Both the position numbers and the translations under genes were made by a program. The notes beneath the pieces were generated by a model, which had not been told where the DNA came from, did no database searches, and worked only from the letters and a program-made list of their open reading frames with translations. From an uncultured Thermoleophilia bacterium (GTDB lineage Bacteria > Actinomycetota > Thermoleophilia > UBA2241), in the NCBI GenBank assembly GCA_963741075.1, contig CAVUGS010000003.1, positions 101,054-165,053 of the forward strand: DNA of 64,000 nt. The letters run 5' to 3'. Positions within the stretch are counted from its first letter, which is position 1; the number at the start of each line of letters is the position of its first letter. This document shows, one piece after another, positions 49,214 to 57,029 of the stretch.

Positions 49214-50738
49214 TCAGCTCTCGAGCCGCGGGAACAGCGACGGCCCGACGACCACCGTGGCCGGCGTGAGCGCCGCCCAGGTCGCCTTCTCCAGGAGCAG
49301 GTCGGCGTCGCCGTGCGCCTGCCCGATGCGGCGCAGCACCTCGACGGCCGTGACGGGGATCACCGGATACACGGCCAGCGCGACCAGGCGCAGCCCCGCC
49401 GCCAGCCCGTTGAGCACGGCGTCCAGGCGGCCCGCCTGCGCCTCGTCCTTGGCGAGCTTCCACGGCGCCTCTTCTTCCACCAGCCGGTTGAGGCGCCGCA
49501 CGTACTCCCACACGGAGTCGAGCGCAGCCGTCACGCCGAGGTCGGCGTACTGCTCCGCCGGCCTTCGCGACCATCGCCTCGCCCTCGGCGGCCACCGCCG
49601 CCAAAGCCTCACCCTCAGGTCCAGCTTGAGGGATGGCGCCGTCGCGGTACTTGCCGATCATGCTGACCGTGCGGCTGACGAGGTTGCCCAGCTCGTTGGC
49701 GAGCTCGTTGTTGTAGCGCGCCCGCAGGCCCTCGAGGCTCACGTCGCCGTCCTGCCCCAGCGTGACCTCACGCATGAGGTAGTAGCGCAGCGGCTCGGCG
49801 CCGACGTCCTGGATGACCGCGAAGGGGTCGAGGACGTTGCCGCGCGTCTTGCTCATCTTCTCGCCGCCCACGAGCAGGTAGCCGTGGATGAGCTCGCCGG
49901 TGGGCAGGTCGTAGCCGGCGCTCATGAGCAGGGCCGGCCAGATCACGGCGTGGAACTTCAGGATGTCCTTGGCGAGGAAGTGGAACGCCGGCCAGTAGCG
50001 CGCCGTGAGGTCCTCCCCGGGGCGCGCGTACGTGAGCGCCGAGAGGTAGTTGATGAGCGCGTCGACCCAGACGTAGATGACCTGCTCGTCGTCCCAGGGT
50101 ACCGAGACGCCCCAGGTGATGCTGGAGCGGCTGATGCTGATGTCCTCGAGCCCCTGCTCGATGAACGACAGGGCCTCGTTGTAGCGCGACTTCGGCTTCA
50201 CGAACGCGGGGTTCGCGCGGAAGAACTCGGCCAGCCTGTCCTGGTACCTGCTGAGCAGGAAGTAGTAGTTCTCCTCCTCCAGCCAGACCGGCTTGATGCC
50301 GTGGTCCGGGCACAGGCCGTCGGCGGTGAGGTCGCGCTCGTACCAGAAGGCCTCGCAGGCGGTGCAGTAGAGGCCGCCGTAGCTGCGCTTCTCGATGTCG
50401 CCGGCGGCCTTGAGCTTCTCCACGAAGCCCTGCACGAACGCCTCGTGCTCCGGGTCGGTGGTGCGGATGAAGAAGTCGTTGGAGGCGCCGAGCGCCGCCG
50501 CGAGCTCGCGGTAGCGCGGCGCCAGCTGGTCCACGTGCTGCTGCGGGGTGAGCCCGCGCTCCTCCGCCGCCTGGGCGACCTTGGTGCCGTGCTCGTCGGT
50601 GCCGGTGAGGAAGAAGACGTCCTCGCCCCTCTGGCGGTGGTGGCGCGCCAGCACGTCGGCGGCCACGGTCGTGTAGGCGTGGCCGTGGTGCGGCTCGCCG
50701 TTCACGTAGTAGATGGGAGTGGTGATGTAGAAGCTCAT
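49214..50738 (-). CDS. metG: methionyl-tRNA synthetase (short form); one frame break near 49560
   Basis: It has the HIGH-type motif (PHHGHAYTTV), KMSKTRGN (KMSKS) and an anticodon-binding helical domain in the second frame. Confidence 0.9.
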
Positions 50739-50748
50739 CGAGGCTAGT

Positions 50749-51321
50749 CTAGCGTCTTCCCGAGGCCTTCGCGGCCGCCCCGTAGCTGCCGATGCGCTCG
50801 CCCAGCGACCAGTACTCCCCTTCGACGTAGGCGATGGGCGTCAGCTTGCTGGTCTGCACGCGCCCCTGGGCGTCGAGCACGTCCTCGTCGTACTGCACCG
50901 CCACGATCTCGGCGATGTAGAGGTCGTGCGCGCCGAGCGACAGCTGGTGCCGCACGACGCACTCGATGTTGACGGGGCACTCCTCGATGATCGGCGCGGC
51001 CACGCGGCTGGCCGGCGTGGCGGTGAGGCCGAGCTCCTGGAACTTGTCGTGCTCGGCCCCCGACCACACGCCGGCCAGGTCGACCTGCTCGAGCTGATCG
51101 GCGCGCGGCACGTTGACGACGAACTCGCGCGCCGCATCGACGAGCCGGTGCGAATGCCGCGTCGGCCGGATGGCGACGCTCAGCATGGGCGGCGTCGAGC
51201 ACACGGTGCCGGCCCACGCCAGGGTGATGATGTTGGGCTTCTCCTTGCCGTGGCCGGCGACGCTCAGCAGCACCACCGGCGTGGGCAGCAGCGCGGTCGA
51301 CGGTTTGCGCTCGATCTTCAT
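50749..51321 (-). CDS. flavin reductase-like FMN-binding protein
   Basis: Intact from ATG 51321 (RBS AAGGGAGG). The pattern PVVLLSVAGHGKEKPNIITLAWAGTVCSTPPMLSVAIRP is the split-barrel flavin reductase pattern. Confidence 0.75.
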   Translation of the reverse strand: MKIERKPSTALLPTPVVLLSVAGHGKEKPNIITLAWAGTVCSTPPMLSVAIRPTRHSHRLVDAAREFVVNVPRADQLEQVDLAGVWSGAEHDKFQELGLTATPASRVAAPIIEECPVNIECVVRHQLSLGAHDLYIAEIVAVQYDEDVLDAQGRVQTSKLTPIAYVEGEYWSLGERIGSYGAAAKASGRR

Positions 51322-51480
51322 CGCGGGCCTCCCTTGGGTCTGGTCGCTATCGTACCCCACGCATGGAATCGCAGCGTCTCTGGCGTGGATTCCACGACAT
51401 TCGTAGAATGGAGGGGCCGAATGAACACCGAAGCGACTCATCGAGCGGGGCGCCGGAGGTGCACCGCTCAAAGGAGCCCC

Positions 51481-51954
51481 ATGCGCAGACAGGCACTGGA
51501 CAAGACCGACATCGCCATCATCGGCCACCTGCAGGTGGACGGCCGGCGCGCGTTCACGGCCATCGCCAAGGACCTCGGCATCTCCGAGGCCAGCGTGCGC
51601 CAGCGAGTGGCGCGGCTGCTGCGCACCAACGTCATCCAGATCGTCGCCGTGAGCAGCCCGCTGGACCTGGGCCTGATGTGGGCGCAGATCCACCTGCGCG
51701 TGAAGGGCGACCGCATCGAGGCCGTCGCCCAGGCGGTCGCCGAACTGCCGCAGGTGGACTACGTCAGCATCTGCGCCGGCGACTTCGACATCATCGTCGG
51801 CGTCGTCGCGCACGACCGCGAGGAACTGCTCGACGTCCTCGTCAACCACATCCGCACCATCCCCGGTATCGACCAGGCCGACTTCGTCCTCAACCTCAAG
51901 ATCCTCAAGGACAACTACGAGTGGTCGCCGGGAGAGCCCCCGGCGACGGTGTAG
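51481..51954 (+). CDS. Lrp/AsnC family transcriptional regulator
   Basis: Intact. ATG 51481 is preceded by AAAGGAG, and an in-frame alternative ATG lies at 51421. It has an HTH (LDKTDIAIIGHLQVDGRRAFTAIAKDLGISEASVRQRVARL) and a RAM/ACT-like C-domain. A TAGAAT -10 lies at 51405-51410. Confidence 0.85.
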   Translation: MRRQALDKTDIAIIGHLQVDGRRAFTAIAKDLGISEASVRQRVARLLRTNVIQIVAVSSPLDLGLMWAQIHLRVKGDRIEAVAQAVAELPQVDYVSICAGDFDIIVGVVAHDREELLDVLVNHIRTIPGIDQADFVLNLKILKDNYEWSPGEPPATV

Positions 51955-51967
51955 GGAGGCGAGAGCC

Positions 51968-53353
51968 ATGGGCGACCAGACGCGCCCGCACGTGCACACC
52001 CCACCCCCGGGGCCCAGGAGCCAGGCGCTCATGAAGCGCGGCGAAGACATCATGCTGGGGGTCTCCCTCATCGGCGACTGGCCGCCGAGCCACTTCGTCT
52101 CCCGCTACCGCGACGGCTGGTTCCTCGAGGACGTCGACGGCAACCGCTACATCGACTGGCTGGCCGGCTGGGCCTCCTCGCCGCTCGGCGGCAACAACCC
52201 CGAGCTCGTCGAGGCCGCGCACACGGCGCTCAAGGAGTACGGCACCGAGTGCCTCTCGTCGCTCACCACCTGGCACCAGTACGAGCTCGCCGAGAAGCTG
52301 GTGGAGATCGCGCCCAGGCCGCTCACCAAGGTCGTCTACGACACCACCGGGAGCGAGGTGGTGGAGAACGCGGTGCGCATCATGCGCGAGGCCGCCGGCC
52401 CGAGCCGCCCCTTCGTCATCACCTTCCTGGGCAGCTTCCACGGCGGCAACTACGGCACCGGCGCCATGGGCCCGCACAACGCCCACTACAACCACGGCAT
52501 CGAGCCGTTCATGAGCGGCTGGATCAACGTCCCCTTCCCGACCTGCTACCGCTGCCCGTACCACCTCGACTACCCGGCCTGCGACATCGCCTGCCTCGGC
52601 TACATCGAGGAGATGATCCTGCGCTACAAGGCGACGCCCGACAGCATCGCCGGCGTCAACGTCGAGTTCATCCAGGGCGAGAACGGCATCCAGATCCCGC
52701 CGCCGGAGTGGCCGAAGCGGCTGTCCGACCTCTGCAAGAAGTACGGCTGGATCCTCTACAACGACGAGGTCCAGGAGGGCATGGGCCGCTGCGGCGAGTG
52801 GTTCCTCGTGGACGCGTACCCGGACGTGGAGGTCGAGCTGCTCTCGCTCGGCAAGGGCACGTCCGGCGGCCTCATCCCCATCTGCTACACGCTGGGGTCG
52901 GACCGCATGAGCGAGCCGGCCGGCGAACTGTACACCGGAGGCACCTTCGCCGGCTCCCCCGTCGGCTGCGCCGTGGGCATCAAGCTCATCGAGCTCATCA
53001 AGCGCGACAACGTGCTGGACAACGTCAAGGAGATCGAGAAGGTCGCCAAGGCCAGGTTCGGCGCGATGAAGGACAAGTACGAGATCGTCGGCGACGTGCG
53101 CGTCAAGGGCTGCTACCAGTGCGTCGAGTTCGTGGAGGACAAGGACTCCAAGACGCCGGCGCACGACCTCACGCGCGAGGTCGTCTACGCCATGGAGCGG
53201 CGCGGCGTCATCCCGATCTACGAGCCGGCGTTCAACTGGTTCCGCCCCACGCCGGCGCTCAACATGCCGCCCGAGCTGTTCGCGCTCGGCTGCGACATCG
53301 TGGAAGAATGCGTGGCCGAGGTGAGCAAAGCGCACGCCAAGGGCATCAAGTAG
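51968..53353 (+). CDS. class III (omega) pyridoxal-phosphate aminotransferase
   Basis: Intact, 461 aa. It has TTGSEVVENAVRI, DEVQEGMGRCG and the PLP lysine in LSLGKGTSGG. Confidence 0.85.
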   Translation: MGDQTRPHVHTPPPGPRSQALMKRGEDIMLGVSLIGDWPPSHFVSRYRDGWFLEDVDGNRYIDWLAGWASSPLGGNNPELVEAAHTALKEYGTECLSSLTTWHQYELAEKLVEIAPRPLTKVVYDTTGSEVVENAVRIMREAAGPSRPFVITFLGSFHGGNYGTGAMGPHNAHYNHGIEPFMSGWINVPFPTCYRCPYHLDYPACDIACLGYIEEMILRYKATPDSIAGVNVEFIQGENGIQIPPPEWPKRLSDLCKKYGWILYNDEVQEGMGRCGEWFLVDAYPDVEVELLSLGKGTSGGLIPICYTLGSDRMSEPAGELYTGGTFAGSPVGCAVGIKLIELIKRDNVLDNVKEIEKVAKARFGAMKDKYEIVGDVRVKGCYQCVEFVEDKDSKTPAHDLTREVVYAMERRGVIPIYEPAFNWFRPTPALNMPPELFALGCDIVEECVAEVSKAHAKGIK

Positions 53354-53396
53354 CGCAGCCGCCATCGGGCACCGACCGAGCCAGGGAGACCAGCCG

Positions 53397-54353
53397 ATGA
53401 CTTACGACTCACTGCCGTTCAGCGGCATCGCGACCTTCTTCAAGGCGCCGCTCGTGGCGGCGCCGACGACGGCGGACGCCGACGTCGCCGTCGTCGGCAT
53501 CGGCTGGGACGAAGGCACGACCAGCCGTTCCGGCGCGCGGATGGGGCCTCGCGCCCTGCGCGAGGCCTCCACCATGTACGCCTTCCAGCGCGACGCCGAG
53601 CCCTTCTGGGACGGCGAGGCCGGCGTCGAACTGCTCGGCGGCGTCCGCTGGGCGGACTGCGGCGACGTCGCGCTCGGCCCCATGTGGTCGCCCGAGCGCT
53701 ACCACAACGCGATCGTCGGCAGGCTGCAGCCGATCATGCAGGCCGGCCTCTTCCCCGTCACGCTCGGCGGCGACCACTCCATCGGCTACCCGGTGCTGAA
53801 GGCGCTCTACCAGGCCCGCGGCGGCAAGCCGTTCCACCTGGTGCAGTTCGACACGCACATGGACTACTGGGACGAGGAGGGCGGCTCGCGCTTCTCGCAC
53901 GCCAGCCCCATCATCCGCAGCCACGAGGCGGGCTTCCTCGCGAGCCTCACGCAGTACGGCATCCGCAGCCTGCACACGCCCGGCGACAACATCGCGCTGG
54001 CGAAGAGCCGCGGGGCGCACATCTTCTGGTGCCAGCAGGCGAAGGACATGCTGGTCGAAGACCTCGTCGAGCACCTGCCCAAGGGCGGCGACGTGTACAT
54101 CACGTTCGACATCGACGCCCTCGACCCGGCGATCGCGCCGGGCACCGGCACGCCGGAGCCCGGCGGCTTCACCTACTACGAGGCCAAGGACATCCTGCTC
54201 GGCGTCTGCGCCCGCTGCAACGTGGTCGGCATGGACCTCGTCGAGGTGGCGCCGCAGTACGACGGCCCCGGCCAGGTCACGGCGCTGCACGGCGCCCGGC
54301 TGATCCTCGACACGGTGGGCGCCGCCTTCCGCAGGCGTGCCGCCCTGCAGTGA
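53397..54353 (+). CDS. arginase-family ureohydrolase (agmatinase / guanidino-acid hydrolase)
   Basis: Intact. The Mn-binding motifs GGDHSIGYP, DTHMDYWD and FDIDALDP are present. Confidence 0.85.
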   Translation: MTYDSLPFSGIATFFKAPLVAAPTTADADVAVVGIGWDEGTTSRSGARMGPRALREASTMYAFQRDAEPFWDGEAGVELLGGVRWADCGDVALGPMWSPERYHNAIVGRLQPIMQAGLFPVTLGGDHSIGYPVLKALYQARGGKPFHLVQFDTHMDYWDEEGGSRFSHASPIIRSHEAGFLASLTQYGIRSLHTPGDNIALAKSRGAHIFWCQQAKDMLVEDLVEHLPKGGDVYITFDIDALDPAIAPGTGTPEPGGFTYYEAKDILLGVCARCNVVGMDLVEVAPQYDGPGQVTALHGARLILDTVGAAFRRRAALQ

Positions 54354-54365
54354 GCGGCGCCTGGT

Positions 54366-54740
54366 CTACGCCGCGGCCTTGACCGCCACGGCGGCGTTGA
54401 TGGCCTCCGCCACCGCCGCCGGATCGGCGACCTCGATCACGAGGCGCTCGAAGGGCTCCGCCTCGAGGTCGATCGAGATCGCGTGCTTCGGGTCGTGCAC
54501 GTCCCAGAACTCGTGGCGGCCGTGCACCAGCATCGGTCCGGCCGCGACGGCGTAGTCGAGCAAGGCGTCGGTGCGTCCGGCGCCGAGCCACGGCCCACGC
54601 GAGGAGACGTGCGGGTCGAGGCGCGCGCCCTTCACGTGCTCCAGGGGCACGACGATGCGCTTGCGGAACGTCCAGAGCACGTCCAGGCCCGAGATCGTCA
54701 CGCGGAGGTGCGTGGCGGTGATGTCGACGTGAGCGTTCAT
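54366..54740 (-). CDS. hypothetical protein (124 aa)
   Basis: I chose the internal ATG 54740. The product MNAHVDITATHLRVTISGLDVLWTFRKRIVVPLEHVKG.. looks like a beta-rich, bacterial-PH-like protein. I do not recognise the family. Confidence 0.45.
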   Translation of the reverse strand: MNAHVDITATHLRVTISGLDVLWTFRKRIVVPLEHVKGARLDPHVSSRGPWLGAGRTDALLDYAVAAGPMLVHGRHEFWDVHDPKHAISIDLEAEPFERLVIEVADPAAVAEAINAAVAVKAAA

Positions 54741-55001
54741 GCCGACAGTATTCCCCGCCGCGGCCGGCTGCTGCGGCAATCGTGCGAAGGAGCACCGCCG
54801 CTGCGTTGTGCCGCGTTGACGCAGGTTGCGGAACCGCCGACTTCGGAACGCGGCGGTATCATCAGGGTACGCGCAGGCCAAACGCCGCCTCGCCGCGCGC
54901 GACTGGCCGACCATGCAGCACTACGCCGAGGCCAAGACCGAGGTCGTCGAGGCGATCATCGCGCGGGCCGTCGCCGCACGAGAAGAGGACGAAGACCGGG
55001 C

Positions 55002-55114
55002 GTGACGCCGGAGAGGGCGGGCGGTGGGACTGACCGTGGGGGGACTCCGCCCGCCCCGTCCGGCGTCACGCCGGGGTGACGCGGCCGGCCGGACGGGGGA
55101 GTCCGGCCGGCCGC
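55002..55114. terminator. two tandem long GC hairpins at the 3' end of the hydrogenase/kinase operon
   Basis: Hairpin 1 (55002-55069) has arms GTGACGCCGGA..GGGCGGGCGG and CCGCCCGCCC..TCCGGCGTCAC. Hairpin 2 (55081-55114) is GCGGCCGGCCGGAC-GGGGGA-GTCCGGCCGGCCGC, a perfect 14-bp stem. Hairpin 2 ends 5 nt beyond the kinase stop at 55119. Confidence 0.45.
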
Positions 55115-55118
55115 AGGC

Positions 55119-56575
55119 TCATGCCGGCAGCAGCACGGTGAACACCGAACCCTCGCCCTCGACGCTGGTCGCCTCGAGCCGGCCGCCGGCGCGCTCCACG
55201 AGGCGCTTCACGATCGACAGCCCGAGGCCGTTGCCCTCGAGCTCGCGCGTCTCGGCGCGCTTCTCGCGGAAGAACTCGTCCCAGAGCCGCGCCAGGTTCT
55301 CCTCCCTGATGCCGATGCCGGTGTCGGCCACGTCGAGGCGCAGCCAGCCGTCCTCCACGACGCCGCGCACCGTCACCGTGCCGCGCTCGCGGTTGTACTT
55401 GACCGCGTTGCCGACGAGGTTGCTGAGGACGAGCCGCAGGTCGTCGGGGCGGATGAGCGCCGGCGGCAGGCCGGCGGCGAGGTCGGTCGTCACGGTGACG
55501 CCGCGCTGCACGCCGCGCTCGCGGGCGAGCTCCACGATCTCGTCCAGGACGGGGGCGACCGGGACGAGCTCGGGCTCCTCGCCCTCCGGCGCCTGCTCGC
55601 TGCGCGCCAGCGTCAGCAGGTCGCGGATCAGCTCGACGAGGTTGTCGATGCGGTGGTCGGCGCGGCGCGATCATCGGCAGGTAGGGGTCGAGCTCGTCGC
55701 CGAGGCTCTTGTCGGTGACCACCTCGAGCAGTCCCTTGATGGAGCCCAGCGGGCTCTTGAGCTCGTGCACCATCATGCGGATGAACTTCTGCTTCTCCAT
55801 CGCGAGGCGCCGCACCTCGCTGATGTCGCTGAGCGTGAGGATGCGGCCCCGAGCCTCGCCCGCCGTCGTCGCGGAACGTGACGATGCTCGCCATCCAGGC
55901 CTGCTCGCCGATCTCGAGCTGGCGGACGGTGCGGTCCTTGGCCGGCGCGGCCAGCTGCTCGCAGAGCGGCGCCAGGGCGCCGCCGCCGAGCAGCTCCTGC
56001 GCCGGCCGCATGAGCACGTCGTCCTCGCCGAGCTCGAGCAGCTCGAGCATCGGGGGGTTGGCGAGCACGACGTCGCCGTCCCGGTTGACCACGAGCACGG
56101 CGTCGCGCAGGGAGCTGACGAGCGAGTGGGTCTGGGTCTTCTCCTCGGCGAGGGCGAGCAGGCTCGCCTCGTGCTCGGCGCGCAGGCGCTCGGCCTCCGT
56201 CCGCGCCTGCTTGTGCCGCAGGAGCGTCTCGATCACGCCCTCGAGGTCGTCGGGGCTGAACGGCTTGGGCAGGAAGAAGTCCACGCCCTGCCGCGTCGCC
56301 GCGATGGCCGTGTCGATGTTGGCGTAGGCCGTGATCATGCACACCATGGCGTCGCAGCCCCGCTTCTTCATCGTCTGCAGCAGGCTGAGGCCGTCGGTGT
56401 CGGGCAGGCGGTAGTCGAGCAGGGCGACGTCGTAGTCGCGCTCGTCCAGGGCACGCAGCGCGCCGGCGCCGTCGCCGGCCTCGCCCACGTCGTAGCCCTC
56501 CATCTCGAGGATCGTGCGGATGCCGCTGCGCACGCCGTACTCGTCGTCGACGATGAGGATGCTGCCCTTGCCCAT
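55119..56575 (-). CDS. hybrid REC - PAS - HisKA - HATPase_c sensor kinase; two frame breaks
   Basis: ATG 56575 (RBS GGAGAGGAG). The REC domain has ILIVDDE, VALLDYRLPD, MITAY and LPKPF. A coiled coil follows, then PAS (LRDAVLVVNRDGDVVLANP), then the H-box (MMVHELKSPLGSI), N-box (LVGNAVKYN), G1 (DTGIGI) and G2 (GNGLGLSIV). Frame breaks are near 55850 and 55660. Confidence 0.8.
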
Positions 56576-56600
56576 GGTGGTCTCCTCTCCCGGCCTCGCG

Positions 56601-57029
56601 TCAGACCGCGGCGGGCTCGCCGGCCGGAGCCGCGGCTCCGGCGAGCTCCTCGATCACGGCGAGCACCTGCTTGCCGGTCACCGGCTTGTCCAGGAACCGG
56701 GCGAGCCGGGACCACTCGCGCAGCCCGCCGGCCTCGCCGTCGAAGCGCGTGCCGGTCTCGGCGGCCACGCCGCTGAGCATGACGAGCGGGATGTGGCTCA
56801 GCCGCTCGTCCTTCCCGATGCGGTAGCCGAGCCGGAAGCCGTCGTCCACGTGCTCCATCATCAGGTCGAGGAAGACGATCGCCGGCGTCTCGGTCTCGAG
56901 CAGCGCCAGCGCCGCGTCGGGGGACTCGGCGGTGAGCACGCGGTAGCCGCGGGCCTCCAGGTACAGCTGCTTGCTCTCCAGGAAGTCCCGGTCGTCGTCG
57001 ACGAACAGGACGGTGGTCTGGGTGGTCAT
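56601..57029 (-). CDS. stand-alone receiver (REC-only response regulator), paralogue of 63383-63805
   Basis: Intact. ATG 57029 is in an ATGA overlap with the upstream kinase stop. It has VLFVDDDRD, IVFLDLMM, PLVMLSG and FLDKPV. There is no output domain. Confidence 0.8.
   Translation of the reverse strand: MTTQTTVLFVDDDRDFLESKQLYLEARGYRVLTAESPDAALALLETETPAIVFLDLMMEHVDDGFRLGYRIGKDERLSHIPLVMLSGVAAETGTRFDGEAGGLREWSRLARFLDKPVTGKQVLAVIEELAGAAAPAGEPAAV

Noticed and set aside
54826-55005. A 59-aa plus-strand ORF from TTG 54826 (..YAQAKRRLAARDWPTMQHYAEAKTEVVEAIIARAVAAREEDEDRA*) that ends at the first long hairpin.
   Set aside because: The peptide looks helical and plausible, but there is no convincing RBS or start codon and I recognise no family. 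I left it unannotated.
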